A DNA stretch of 64,000 nt from a bacterium (GTDB taxonomy: Bacteria; Zixibacteria; MSB-5A5; GN15; FEB-12): assembly GCA_043811375.1 (NCBI GenBank), contig JBDRNJ010000072.1:64001-128000 (forward strand), written 5' to 3'. The notes under the pieces were generated by a model. It saw only the letters and a program-made list of their open reading frames with translations. It did no database searches and was not told where the DNA came from. The position numbers and the translations under genes are program-made. Shown in pieces: positions 10,329 through 20,341 of this stretch. The stretch's first letter is position 1, and every line of letters begins with the position of its first letter.

Positions 10329-12067
10329 ATGAGCTGTGGGCAAAACTTATCGTTGAGGAACTAATCCGCAACGGGGTTTCGTTTTTTGTCCTGTCACCCG
10401 GCTCTCGTAGTTCACCGTTGACGGCAGCGGTGGCCGCTCACAACGATGCCGCCAGTGTCGTCCACTATGACGAGAGAGGAGCCGCATTTCACGGTCTCGG
10501 CTATGCCCGCGCCACCAGGCTACCGACTGCGCTGATCTGCACGTCGGGCACAGCCGCCGCCAATTTCATGCCGGCAGTCGTCGAGGCAGAGATGGACATG
10601 GTGCCGCTGATACTCCTCACTGCCGACCGACCGCCGGAACTGCGCCACACCGGAGCCAACCAGACTATCGATCAGGTGCACCTGTACGGACGCTATGCCC
10701 GCTGGTTCTGCGACCTGCCCTGCCCCGACCTCGACATCGTCCCGGAATTTGTTTTGACGACTATTGATCAAGCTGTCCATTACGCGCGACGCACTCCCGC
10801 CGGGCCGGTTCATATCAATTGCATGTTCCGTGAACCGCTGGTTCCGGTCGGAGAAAAATCTGACTTCAGTAACTACCTGACACCTGTCGCACGCTGGACT
10901 CAGGACTCGGAGCCGTTCACACAGTATGTGGCCACTGAAACAGTCACAGACAAGGAATCCATACTCCAGGTCGCCAAGGCGATCAACAGTGTTGAACGTG
11001 GATTACTGGTGGTGGGACAACTCCACCGTCGTGAAAACCGGCAGGCAGTGGCAGACCTGGCTCAGCAGATCAAATGGCCGGTACTGCCCGACATCGCTTC
11101 CGGCCTGAGACTGTCCGCCGACAACCAGAACGTGATGGCTTACTATGACCAATTGCTACTCTCGGACACGTTCACAGCCGTAAATCGGCCGCAGGCCGTG
11201 CTGCACTTCGGTGGTGTGCCGACATCAAAACGCCTGCAACAGTTCCTCAAAGCATGTCAACCGGAGATATACATACATGTCGCCAACCATCCCCGGCGAC
11301 ACGACCCCGACCACCGGATCACCATGCGCATCGAAAGCAGCATCGCTGCCTTCTGCCGAAAACTCGGCGGCCGCCTGAATCCCGGTGCCGGTTCGGAGTG
11401 GCTGGAAAAGTGGGTCGCCGGTTCACGATGCGTCGAACAGGTACTGGAGACGAGGCTCGATGCCGTCAGCGAGTTGAGCGAACCGGGTATAGCTCGACTG
11501 GTATCCAAATACATATTGCCGGGATCAGGTCTGTTTGTCGCAAGCAGTATGCCTATTCGTGATCTGGACATGTATGCCGACCCTTCCGGCCCGGAGGTGA
11601 CGGTCGGCTGCAACCGTGGCGCCAGCGGTATCGACGGCACAATCGCCTCAGCAATCGGGTTCGCGCGCGGCCTCAATAGACCAACCACCCTCCTTATCGG
11701 AGACCTGGCTTTCCTTCATGATCTTAACTCCCTGGCGCTGATCAAGTCGCTGCGCCATTCATTCACAATAGTGGTGCTGAATAACGATGGCGGTGGTATC
11801 TTTTCGTTTCTGCCGACCGCCAAACTGAAAGAACATTTTGAGCCGTTCTTCGGTACCCCGCACGGTCTCGATTTCAAACCGGCGGCGCAGATGTTCGGCT
11901 GTGACCACGGTTGTCCGAACAGTTGTGAATCGTTCGTGGAGGCGTACGAATCCGCCCAACAGAAGGACGGCGTAACCATAATTGAAGTCAGCAGCAACCG
12001 CGAGAAAAACCGGCGTTTCCACCAGGACATACAGTCTGAACTTGCCGGCTCGTTGAATAAACCGTAA
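10304..12067 (+). CDS. menD: SEPHCHC synthase
   Basis: Motifs SPGSRSSPL, DERGAAF, TSGTA, TADRPPEL, GANQTIDQ, NRGASGIDG, GDLAFLHDLN and NNDGGGIF. The start was moved to ATG 10304. Confidence 0.95.
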   Translation: MFTRFVSLNELWAKLIVEELIRNGVSFFVLSPGSRSSPLTAAVAAHNDAASVVHYDERGAAFHGLGYARATRLPTALICTSGTAAANFMPAVVEAEMDMVPLILLTADRPPELRHTGANQTIDQVHLYGRYARWFCDLPCPDLDIVPEFVLTTIDQAVHYARRTPAGPVHINCMFREPLVPVGEKSDFSNYLTPVARWTQDSEPFTQYVATETVTDKESILQVAKAINSVERGLLVVGQLHRRENRQAVADLAQQIKWPVLPDIASGLRLSADNQNVMAYYDQLLLSDTFTAVNRPQAVLHFGGVPTSKRLQQFLKACQPEIYIHVANHPRRHDPDHRITMRIESSIAAFCRKLGGRLNPGAGSEWLEKWVAGSRCVEQVLETRLDAVSELSEPGIARLVSKYILPGSGLFVASSMPIRDLDMYADPSGPEVTVGCNRGASGIDGTIASAIGFARGLNRPTTLLIGDLAFLHDLNSLALIKSLRHSFTIVVLNNDGGGIFSFLPTAKLKEHFEPFFGTPHGLDFKPAAQMFGCDHGCPNSCESFVEAYESAQQKDGVTIIEVSSNREKNRRFHQDIQSELAGSLNKP

Positions 12068-12073
12068 ACGGAC

Positions 12074-12895
12074 ATGAAAACCACTTACAGTTTCAACCAT
12101 CGAGAATGGGGTGACAGATCGAAGCCACCCGTACTTTTCCTGCATGGCTTTCTCGGCTGCACCGACGATTGGAGTGACATTGCCACCCATATTGCCGCTG
12201 ACTACCGTTCTGTCGCCGTTGATCTGCCCGGTCACGGCCGCACAAAAGTGGACGGGTACGACGAAAATTACAGGATGGAGAACGTTGCCACCGGGGTTGT
12301 CCGCTTTATGGACAGTCATGACATAAATAAATGCGACCTGGTCGCCTACTCGATGGGCGGTCGGGTGGGCTTGTATCTGGCAGTTGAGTATCCACAGCGG
12401 TTCGGCAGGATAATCCTCGAATCGGCGTCCCCCGGACTGATTACCGAAAAGGAACGCCGGGAACGTCGGGAGCACGACAGGGAGTTGGCTCGACAACTGG
12501 AGAAAAACCCGCTGGAGCAATTTCTGATACAGTGGTACGAGCAACCCTTGTTTGCATCGCTGAAACGCGACCGGGATCGTTTCTCCGGTTGGCTGTCCCG
12601 GCGACTGGAATATACCGAAGATAACCCGGCCACACGGAAGGGACTGGCCACGTCGCTGCGCATGATGGGGACCGGTTCGCAGCCTTCGTTATGGTCACGG
12701 CTGTCAGAATTGCCGTCCTGCCTGTTGATCGTCGGCCAATTGGATGCTAAGTTCCGTCAGATAGCTAACGACATGGCCGCGACAGCCGACCAGTTGTCCG
12801 TCAGGGTCGTTGAAAATACCGGGCACAATGTCCATTGGGAGAAACCCAGGGACTACGCTCGGATTGTAATGGAGTTTCTGTCCACAGACAGGTGA
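12074..12895 (+). CDS. menH: SHCHC synthase (alpha/beta hydrolase)
   Basis: Motifs FLHGFLG, DLPGHG, YSMGGR, LESASPG, WYEQPLF and GHNVH. Confidence 0.92.
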   Translation: MKTTYSFNHREWGDRSKPPVLFLHGFLGCTDDWSDIATHIAADYRSVAVDLPGHGRTKVDGYDENYRMENVATGVVRFMDSHDINKCDLVAYSMGGRVGLYLAVEYPQRFGRIILESASPGLITEKERRERREHDRELARQLEKNPLEQFLIQWYEQPLFASLKRDRDRFSGWLSRRLEYTEDNPATRKGLATSLRMMGTGSQPSLWSRLSELPSCLLIVGQLDAKFRQIANDMAATADQLSVRVVENTGHNVHWEKPRDYARIVMEFLSTDR

Positions 12896-12903
12896 GGTAA
12901 AAG

Positions 12904-13725
12904 ATGGCTGAAATCGAGTGGGTCGCCGGCGGCCGGTATACCGACATAAAATATCACAAGGCGGATGGTATCGCCAAGATAACAATCAACCGTCCGGAGG
13001 TCCGCAACGCCTTCCGCCCGCTGACGGTAAACGAAATGTCTCAGGCACTGGCTGACGCCCGCGAAGACCCGCAGGTGGGAGTTATTATACTCACCGGCGA
13101 GGGTGACGATGCCTTCTGCTCGGGAGGCGACCAGCGAATCCGCGGTGACTCCGGGTACACCGACGATGACGGTATTGACCGTCTCAACGTTCTTGATTTT
13201 CAGCGCCAGATGCGCACCTGCCCGAAACCGATCATCGCCATGGTGGCCGGCTACGCTATCGGCGGCGGGCATGTGCTGCACCTGCTGTGTGATCTGACAA
13301 TCGCCGCCGACAATGCCATTTTCGGCCAGACCGGCCCCAAAGTCGGGTCATTTGACGGCGGCTACGGCGCCGGTTACCTGGCCCGAATCGTGGGACAGAA
13401 GAAAGCGCGGGAAATATGGTTTCTCTGCCGCCCGTACACGGCCGCCCAGGCACAGCAGATGGGACTGGTCAATGCAGTAGTTCCCCTGAAAGAGCTGGAG
13501 ACAGAAACAATCAAATGGTGCCGGGAAATTCTGGCCAACTCGCCGCTAGCGATCCGTTGCCTGAAAGCGGCGCTCAACGCCGACTGCGACGGACAGGCCG
13601 GTCTGCAGGAACTGGCCGGCAACGCCACTATGCTCTATTACATGAGTGACGAAGCCAGGGAGGGACGTGACGCCTATGTGGAAAAACGGAAACCCGATTT
13701 CTCGAAGTTCCCGCGCCAACCATAA
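12904..13725 (+). CDS. menB: 1,4-dihydroxy-2-naphthoyl-CoA synthase
   Basis: Motifs [38 protein letters not shown] and AREIWFLCR. Confidence 0.97.
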   Translation: MAEIEWVAGGRYTDIKYHKADGIAKITINRPEVRNAFRPLTVNEMSQALADAREDPQVGVIILTGEGDDAFCSGGDQRIRGDSGYTDDDGIDRLNVLDFQRQMRTCPKPIIAMVAGYAIGGGHVLHLLCDLTIAADNAIFGQTGPKVGSFDGGYGAGYLARIVGQKKAREIWFLCRPYTAAQAQQMGLVNAVVPLKELETETIKWCREILANSPLAIRCLKAALNADCDGQAGLQELAGNATMLYYMSDEAREGRDAYVEKRKPDFSKFPRQP

Positions 13726-13825
13726 GCAACCAGGTGACAAGCGGCAAAGTGACAAGTCACCTTTACGGCACAATCGCAAGTATGTATCAAAACGATGACG
13801 TTTGAAAGTGATGAAAAACAGACCG

Positions 13826-13852
13826 GTAGGTCGGAACCCCTGTGGTTCCGAC
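13826..13852 (+). repeat. GTAG-type REP-like palindrome
   Basis: gtagGTCGGAACCcctgtGGTTCCGAC, between menB and menA. Confidence 0.55.
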
Positions 13853-13872
13853 AAATGCTTTAAATCGATCCA

Positions 13873-14757
13873 ATGAATCCTGCGTCACTCACCATATGGA
13901 TAATGGCCGCCCGGCCCAAAACGCTTCCGGCGGCGGCAGCGCCGGTGCTGATCGGGACGGCAATGGCATTCGAAAGCGGTGGCGCACACTGGCCGGCAGC
14001 ATTGGTAGCTCTGTTAGGAGCGTTGTTGATCCAGATCGGGACCAATCTGGCCAATGACTATTTTGATTTCCGGAAAGGCGTCGATCAACACGACCGCCTC
14101 GGCCCCACCCGGGTCACCCAGGCCGGGCTGGTGACGCCGAAAGCTATGAAGGCTGCCATCGTGGTCGTCTTCAGTCTGGCGATCCTGGCCGGATGCTACC
14201 TGGTCTGGCGCGGCGGCTGGCCGCTTGTGGTCATCGGCCTATCGTCCATCCTGTTCGGAATCATGTATACGGGTGGACCGTTCCCGCTCGGTTATCACGG
14301 TCTGGGTGACATCTTCGTGCTGATCTTTTTCGGACCGGTCGCCGTTGGGGGCACCTACTATGTACAGGCGCTTGATATCAACTGGACAGTCGCGCTGGTA
14401 GGTTTGTCACCGGGATTGTTTTCAGTAGCCATACTGACCGTCAACAACCTGCGCGATATCGAATCCGACCGAGCCACCGGCAAGAAAACACTTGCCGTCC
14501 GATGGGGCCGGACTTTCGCACACACGGAGTACCTGTCGTGCCTGCTGCTGGCCGTCGCCATACCGATCGCCATTTGTTTGAAAACACAACTGCATCTTGA
14601 AGTACTGGCCACCGCACTGGTCATTCCGGCAGCTATACCGGCGATCAGGACAGTCTTCGGCAACCAGGACGGTGATGCGCTCAACAAGGTACTGGCTGCC
14701 ACCGGCAGGCTGTTGCTTCTGTTCACTCTGATATTCTCAGTGGCGTGGCTGCTATGA
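13873..14757 (+). CDS. menA: DHNA prenyltransferase
   Basis: Motifs ARPKTL, QIGTNLANDYFD and NNLRDIESDRATGKKTL. Confidence 0.95.
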   Translation: MNPASLTIWIMAARPKTLPAAAAPVLIGTAMAFESGGAHWPAALVALLGALLIQIGTNLANDYFDFRKGVDQHDRLGPTRVTQAGLVTPKAMKAAIVVVFSLAILAGCYLVWRGGWPLVVIGLSSILFGIMYTGGPFPLGYHGLGDIFVLIFFGPVAVGGTYYVQALDINWTVALVGLSPGLFSVAILTVNNLRDIESDRATGKKTLAVRWGRTFAHTEYLSCLLLAVAIPIAICLKTQLHLEVLATALVIPAAIPAIRTVFGNQDGDALNKVLAATGRLLLLFTLIFSVAWLL

Positions 14758-15851
14758 AAATCACCAACTCCCGCCTGCTTAAGTACCGACTGAATTGCCT
14801 TCGTCCGCTCCCCGCCGGTAAAGAGCGGCTGTCCGAGCGAATCGGACTGATAGTCGTCCTGACCGACGAGAACGGCAAATCCGGCCTGGGCGAGGCGGCC
14901 CCGCTGCCGGGATTCAGCAGTGAGACGATCACAACCGTACAAGCACAACTATCCGCACTGTGTCAATCGCTGAAAGGAACTGAAATCCCGCCGGATATTG
15001 AGAGGTTGTCGGACGGTTTCGAACGATGGCTACATGAGTATGATCCGGCACCTTCGGCCCGGTTCGCTATCGAGACGGCTGTTTTGAACCTGGTGGCGGC
15101 CGGGCGCGGGCTGCCGTTGCGGCGACTGTTTTCAGATAACGCGCTCGACAGTGTATCCATCTGCGGTCTGCTGGCCGGCTCACGCAGTGACATCCTGAAA
15201 AAAGCCGCCCTGCTCAAAGACGAAGGCTACCGAGCGATGAAACTGAAAGTGGGGCACCGGTCGCTTGAGGAAGACATCAAGCTGACTCACGATGTCCGAA
15301 AGGCTATCGGCGACGATGTGGCGTTCAGACTGGATGCCAACCGGGCCTGGTCGGTTGAGGAAGTTCTTGTTTTCGCCCGTGAAGTCAGAGACTGCCGGAT
15401 AGCATATATCGAAGAGCCTGTCTATCGTCATGAGTTGACGAATTCGATTATTAATAAAACAAACTTGTTTGTGGGGTTGGATGAGAGTTTGCGGGAGTTG
15501 ACGCCTGAATCTCTCAAAGACATGACGTGGGTGCGGGCGATTGTTCTCAAACCGACGTTGCTGGGGTTGTGGCGGTGTATGCAATTCGCACGCGTCGCTG
15601 TCTCGATGGGGATTGTCAGTGTCGTCAGTTCGTCATTTGAATCCGGTGTTGGTTTGATGGCGCTGGCTGAACTGGCTGCCTGTCTTAACAGCGATGACAC
15701 CCCGGCCGGGCTGGATACTCTCGACCGGTTCGAACACGATCTACTGGTAAACCCTCTCGACATCACCGGAGGCCGACTACTTCTTCCAGGCAGAGTGCTC
15801 CACCCGGATGATCTTCGTCATGATTTGCTCCAGGAAATCCGCTGTGCCTGA
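14754..15851 (+). CDS. menC: o-Succinylbenzoate synthase
   Basis: Enolase-superfamily motifs GEAAPLPGFS, KLKVG, RLDANRAW, YIEEP, LDES, LKPT and SSSFES. ATGA overlap with menA. Confidence 0.92.
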   Translation: MKITNSRLLKYRLNCLRPLPAGKERLSERIGLIVVLTDENGKSGLGEAAPLPGFSSETITTVQAQLSALCQSLKGTEIPPDIERLSDGFERWLHEYDPAPSARFAIETAVLNLVAAGRGLPLRRLFSDNALDSVSICGLLAGSRSDILKKAALLKDEGYRAMKLKVGHRSLEEDIKLTHDVRKAIGDDVAFRLDANRAWSVEEVLVFAREVRDCRIAYIEEPVYRHELTNSIINKTNLFVGLDESLRELTPESLKDMTWVRAIVLKPTLLGLWRCMQFARVAVSMGIVSVVSSSFESGVGLMALAELAACLNSDDTPAGLDTLDRFEHDLLVNPLDITGGRLLLPGRVLHPDDLRHDLLQEIRCA

Positions 15852-17301
15852 GATCGTTTGCCCGTTGGCTGAGGCTGCCCGTGAGTACGGCAATCGAGAA
15901 GCGATAATTACCGACCTGCGCATCATCACCTATAGCGAATACGACCGCCAGGTCACTTACACTGCATCCCTGCTGAAAGAGAAAGGCGTCACTTCCGGTC
16001 ACCGGGTTGGTATTGTCCTGCCCAATTCCATAGAGTACCCGATTTTACTGGTGGCCCTGTATCGCCTCGGCGCCGTTGCCTGCCCGGTCAGCCAGCGCTG
16101 GCCGGCACGACTGACAGCCGATTATCTGGCCGGACTGGACTGTAGAACCATTATCACAGATACCGGTTCACAGGACCTTAAACCGTATCACAGGTTTGAT
16201 CTCATTGTCGTCGATGAGGTAGTCAACACCGGTCATCCAGCAGCATCATCATCGGTGCAACCAGCAACCATATCACTTGAACAAGCAGCCACAGTGATCG
16301 CCACCTCGGGGACCTCATCCCTGCCGAAAGCAGTGCTGCACTCTTACGACAACCATTACTTCAGCGCTATCGGTTCCAATATGAATATCACAGTGCGACC
16401 CGGTGATCGCTGGCTTTTGTCGCTGCCGTTGTACCATGTTGGCGGACTGGCAATCCTGTTTCGCACCATGTCTGGCGGCGGAGCGGTGGTGATGCCCAAC
16501 AGCGATACCGACCTGTCAGACAGTATCGAACGATACCTGGTGACGCATCTGTCACTCGTCCCGACACAGTTGCAGCACCTGCTGAAAACGGCCACTCCGA
16601 TAGATGTGATAAAGCGGCTTGCCGCCGTACTGGTTGGCGGCGCCCCCTTGCCGACCTCGCTGGTGGAACAGGCATACCAGGCTGGCCTGCCGCTTTACAC
16701 TACCTACGGCCTGACTGAGATGGCGTCACAGGTGACCACCACCCGCCCCGGCGATCCGCCGGACAAACTGCTGACATCCGGCACCACGCTCAAACACCGT
16801 CGGTTGAGGATTGCAGACGACGGTGAAATCCTGACTAAGGGAGATACCTTGTTTTTGGGTTATGTATCTCCGAACGGAATCAACTTACCCCTCGATAAAG
16901 ACGGCTGGTTCCACACCGGTGACCTGGGTGAAATAGACAACGACGGCTACCTGACGATCCACGGCCGCCGGGACAATATGTTCATCTCCGGCGGGGAGAA
17001 CATCCACCCCGAGCACCTCGAAGGCACGATGTCCCTTTTATCTTTTGTAGAAGAAGCAGTGGTGATACCGATTGCAGACTCCGAGTTCGGCCATCGCCCG
17101 GTGGCGGTGATCAGGACAGGGGATGGTCGAATCGTTCACAAAACCGATCTCATCCGACAACTTGAAGAGTTGGTCCCGCGTTTTATGATTCCGGTCGAAT
17201 TCTACTTCTGGCCGGATGCGATCCCGGACAGCGGCATCAAACCGGCCCGGTATCAATTGCGTCAGCTTCTGGAATCAGGAAAACTGACTGAAATCACATA
17301 A
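15844..17301 (+). CDS. menE: o-Succinylbenzoate-CoA ligase
   Basis: Motifs TSGTSSLPK, LPLYHVGGL, TYGLTEMASQ, TGDLG and GRRDNMFISGGENIHPE. GTG start inferred. Confidence 0.92.
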   Translation: MPEIVCPLAEAAREYGNREAIITDLRIITYSEYDRQVTYTASLLKEKGVTSGHRVGIVLPNSIEYPILLVALYRLGAVACPVSQRWPARLTADYLAGLDCRTIITDTGSQDLKPYHRFDLIVVDEVVNTGHPAASSSVQPATISLEQAATVIATSGTSSLPKAVLHSYDNHYFSAIGSNMNITVRPGDRWLLSLPLYHVGGLAILFRTMSGGGAVVMPNSDTDLSDSIERYLVTHLSLVPTQLQHLLKTATPIDVIKRLAAVLVGGAPLPTSLVEQAYQAGLPLYTTYGLTEMASQVTTTRPGDPPDKLLTSGTTLKHRRLRIADDGEILTKGDTLFLGYVSPNGINLPLDKDGWFHTGDLGEIDNDGYLTIHGRRDNMFISGGENIHPEHLEGTMSLLSFVEEAVVIPIADSEFGHRPVAVIRTGDGRIVHKTDLIRQLEELVPRFMIPVEFYFWPDAIPDSGIKPARYQLRQLLESGKLTEIT

Positions 17302-17698
17302 AATCTGTCAGCTTCCGCCTCAGATCATCAGGAAGGTCCACCTTACGACCATCTTTTTTGCTGGTAGCCACGTGAACTGTTTTGACGGTCGCGGCCACTT
17401 CGGCAGCGGCGTTTTTCAAAGAATACGACAGGTGAAATGATGTTTGTCCGATCTTCACCACCGTCAGCTCAACTGTCACCCTCTCCCCCAGCGGCAGCGG
17501 TTTTTTGTAGCCGGCCTCGGCATGGGCGATCAGCGGTCGAAAGTCGGTTTCTCTGATTATCCGACCAAAGTCAAATCCGATCGACTCCATAAAGGCTTCG
17601 TAGGCATCGTGCGCCAGACGGAAGTAGTTGCCGAAAAAGAGTATCCCGGCGGCGTCGGTGTCGGGCAACCATACCCGTGTATTGTGCGTATAGGTCAT
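17294..17698 (-). CDS. Hot-dog-fold acyl-CoA thioesterase, probably DHNA-CoA thioesterase
   Basis: DTDAAGILFFGNYFRLAHDAYE motif of the 4HBT-like family; convergent on menE. Confidence 0.75.
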   Translation of the reverse strand: MTYTHNTRVWLPDTDAAGILFFGNYFRLAHDAYEAFMESIGFDFGRIIRETDFRPLIAHAEAGYKKPLPLGERVTVELTVVKIGQTSFHLSYSLKNAAAEVAATVKTVHVATSKKDGRKVDLPDDLRRKLTDFM

Positions 17699-17802
17699 TT
17701 ATATGTTTCCCCTGTTGCGAACAAATTAGCGTGCCTCCACCTCACCCAATCATTATATTGGCTGCTAATGTAGAATGTTGTGAACAGATGTCCAAGTGCT
17801 AA

Positions 17803-19719
17803 ATGTCAACTGATAAAGGAGAAACACAAGTGAACAGACACCCCCTCAGAAACGGATTGATCCTTTCGGCACTGATCCTCTGGGCGCTGGCGGCGCTGCC
17901 GGTACCGGCTGCCGACACGGGCGCCATACCGCAGCGGTCGGATATCGAGGATAAGTACAAGTGGAAACTTCAAGACATCTTCGCCGATGATGACGCCTGG
18001 GAAACGACCTTCACCTCACTCAAAGCCGGTATCGGTGGTTTCGAGAAATACGAGGGGCACCTGGGCGATTCACCACAAAACCTGCTGAACTGCCTTAGTC
18101 TGTCCGACAGCCTGGAACTGATCAGCGACAATCTGTATGTCTACGCCTACATGAAGCTCGATGAGGACAACCGCATCAGCAAATATCAGGAGATGGGCGA
18201 TCGTATTTCAGGACTGAACGCTGAGCTTTCAGCCGCACAGTCGTTTATCGAGCCGGAGATTCTGGCGCTGGACAGCGAACAATTGCAGTCGTTTCTGAGC
18301 GATGAGGCAGCTCTGGAGATATATCGGTTCCATCTGGAAGACCTGATGCGCAAGAAAAAGCACATTTTATCGGACAAGGAAGAGGCCCTGCTGGCGCTGG
18401 CTGATCCGGTCATCGGCTCTTGTTCGCGGATTTTTACCATGCTCGACGATGCCGACATCTCCTACGGTTCGATCTTTGACAGCGACAGCAACGAAGTGGA
18501 ATTGACCAAGCAGCGTTACTACCGTCTCCTGGAGTCAAGCGATCGACGTGTGCGCCGCGACGCCAGCGAGGCTTACAACAACGCCTACCTGGGTTACGTC
18601 AACACACTGGCAGCGACTCTCTCAGCTTCAGTCAAACGGGATTACTTCCTGATGAAGGCCAGAGGGTACAACAGTTGCCTGGAGATGTCGCTGGACCGTT
18701 ACCATATCCCGGTGACGGTATACCACAACCTGATTGAGGCGGTCAATACCAATCTGTCGTCGCTGCACCGGTTGACCGCCCTGCGCAAACGGATCCTGGG
18801 CTGTGACACCCTGTACAAATACGATATGTACGTCCCGCTTGTGCCCCGATCCCGGGAGAACTACCCGTACGAGGAAGCCAAGAAAATAGTCCTCAACGGC
18901 CTGAAACCACTGGGCGAGAAATACCTGGCCGAATTTGAGAACGGGCTCAACGGCGGCTGGATAGATGTCTTCGAAACCGAGGGTAAAGGCTCCGGCGGTT
19001 ACCAGTGGGGCTCCTACGGTACCCACCCCTATATTCTGCTTAACCACAGCGGGTCTCTGATGGATGTGTTCACTATTGCTCACGAGATGGGTCACGCACT
19101 GCATACGGAATTTACCAACCGCAACGAACCGTATGTCTACAGCAATTACTCACTGTTCATTGCCGAGGTCGGCTCCACCTGTAACGAGGCGTTGCTGATG
19201 AAGTACTTGCTGGAGCAGGCCGGGAGCAAGCAGGAGAAAATGGCCCTGCTGAGCTACTACATTGAGCAGATTGTCGGGACTTTCTTCACCCAGGTGATGT
19301 TCGCGGAGTTTGAACTGGCCATCCACGAACGGGTCGAAAACGGTCAGGCGCTGTCGGCCGATTACATGCGGCAGACTTACCGCGACATATATGAGAAATA
19401 CTGGGGACCGGAACTGGTTCTGGATGAGACCGGCGACCTGGGCTGCCTGCGGATCAGCCATTTCTACCGGCAGTATTATGTTTACGAGTATGCTACCGGC
19501 TATGCGGCGGCGCAGGCAATGTCACAACGGATTCTGGAAGGCAAAGAAGGTTATCTTGACACCTACTTCAAGTTCCTGTCTACCGGTACATCGAAATATC
19601 CCGTCGATATACTTAAAGACGCCGGGGTTGACATGACGACACCCGACCCGGTCGACCGGACACTGGCGCTGTTCGGCGAACTGGTCGATGAAATGGAACG
19701 CCTGCTGGACGAGAGCTGA
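17803..19719 (+). CDS. pepF: Oligoendopeptidase F (M3B) with signal peptide
   Basis: Motifs KWKL, WIDV..GKGSGGY, HPYILLN, HEMGH, AEVGST, HFY and YEYATG. The start may be GTG 17830. Confidence 0.9.
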   Translation: MSTDKGETQVNRHPLRNGLILSALILWALAALPVPAADTGAIPQRSDIEDKYKWKLQDIFADDDAWETTFTSLKAGIGGFEKYEGHLGDSPQNLLNCLSLSDSLELISDNLYVYAYMKLDEDNRISKYQEMGDRISGLNAELSAAQSFIEPEILALDSEQLQSFLSDEAALEIYRFHLEDLMRKKKHILSDKEEALLALADPVIGSCSRIFTMLDDADISYGSIFDSDSNEVELTKQRYYRLLESSDRRVRRDASEAYNNAYLGYVNTLAATLSASVKRDYFLMKARGYNSCLEMSLDRYHIPVTVYHNLIEAVNTNLSSLHRLTALRKRILGCDTLYKYDMYVPLVPRSRENYPYEEAKKIVLNGLKPLGEKYLAEFENGLNGGWIDVFETEGKGSGGYQWGSYGTHPYILLNHSGSLMDVFTIAHEMGHALHTEFTNRNEPYVYSNYSLFIAEVGSTCNEALLMKYLLEQAGSKQEKMALLSYYIEQIVGTFFTQVMFAEFELAIHERVENGQALSADYMRQTYRDIYEKYWGPELVLDETGDLGCLRISHFYRQYYVYEYATGYAAAQAMSQRILEGKEGYLDTYFKFLSTGTSKYPVDILKDAGVDMTTPDPVDRTLALFGELVDEMERLLDES

Positions 19720-19742
19720 TTTCGGTCACGACAGTGACACCA

Positions 19743-19774
19743 AAGCCGGCGGCTGATACCGCCGGCTTGTTTTT
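19743..19774 (+). terminator. Intrinsic terminator after pepF
   Basis: AAGCCGGCGG-ctgata-CCGCCGGCTT followed by gttttt. Confidence 0.7.
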
Positions 19775-19967
19775 GCACGATAGTTGTAACTATCCGGACC
19801 AAATTCCATATCCGGTGCTACCAACTTCACCGTAACGAGCAGTTGGGTGGTGCTCTGTTTTGAATTCTGGCATTATGCCAGTTGGCATTCTACTTGTGTG
19901 TACAGAAAATGGGTAGCGGGTCACTTTCAATCATTCGGTCAGGTCATGCGGCGCAGCCGCGTGACCG

Positions 19968-20000
19968 AAAAAAAAGCGCGGCCATCATGATGACCGCGCT
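19968..20000 (-). terminator. Intrinsic terminator of the small basic protein gene
   Basis: On the minus strand AGCGCGGTCATCATGATGGCCGCGCT is followed by a T-run. Confidence 0.7.
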
Positions 20001-20018
20001 CACAGAAATACGTTAAGT

Positions 20019-20207
20019 CTATTTCCGTTTCTTCTTATGGAGCGAGCAGTTCATGCTCTTTCCGTCAGTGAAACGCTTGCACCTCTTGCCGTCTTTGGTC
20101 TTAGCGACGCAACGAACTTTCTTTGTCGCTACCTTTCTCTTGACCGGCTTTTTGGCTGCTTTTTTCTTAGCAGGCTTCTTGACTGCTTTCTTTTTCGCTT
20201 TGCGCAT
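20019..20207 (-). CDS. Small Lys/Ala-rich histone-H1-like protein with C-terminal CCCH motif (DUF5763-like)
   Basis: GGAGG RBS, KKAVKKPAKKKAAKKP repeats, CVAKTKDGKRC...CSLH, and its own terminator. Confidence 0.7.
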   Translation of the reverse strand: MRKAKKKAVKKPAKKKAAKKPVKRKVATKKVRCVAKTKDGKRCKRFTDGKSMNCSLHKKKRK

Positions 20208-20341
20208 CAAAGTTCCTCCATCCTAAGTTTGGACACATCAAAAAACACACCTGTTGAAAGTTTGTCAAGAAAAAAAACTTCCCTCATAAAATAAATCGTG
20301 CACGCCTTCCGAACGGACGCATCCGCGACAGCACACCCTCT

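Noticed and set aside
19882..19897. Sigma-54-like -24/-12 motif TTGGCATTCTACTTGT
   Set aside because: The -12 element is imperfect and there is no plus-strand gene downstream, so it cannot be supported from sequence alone.
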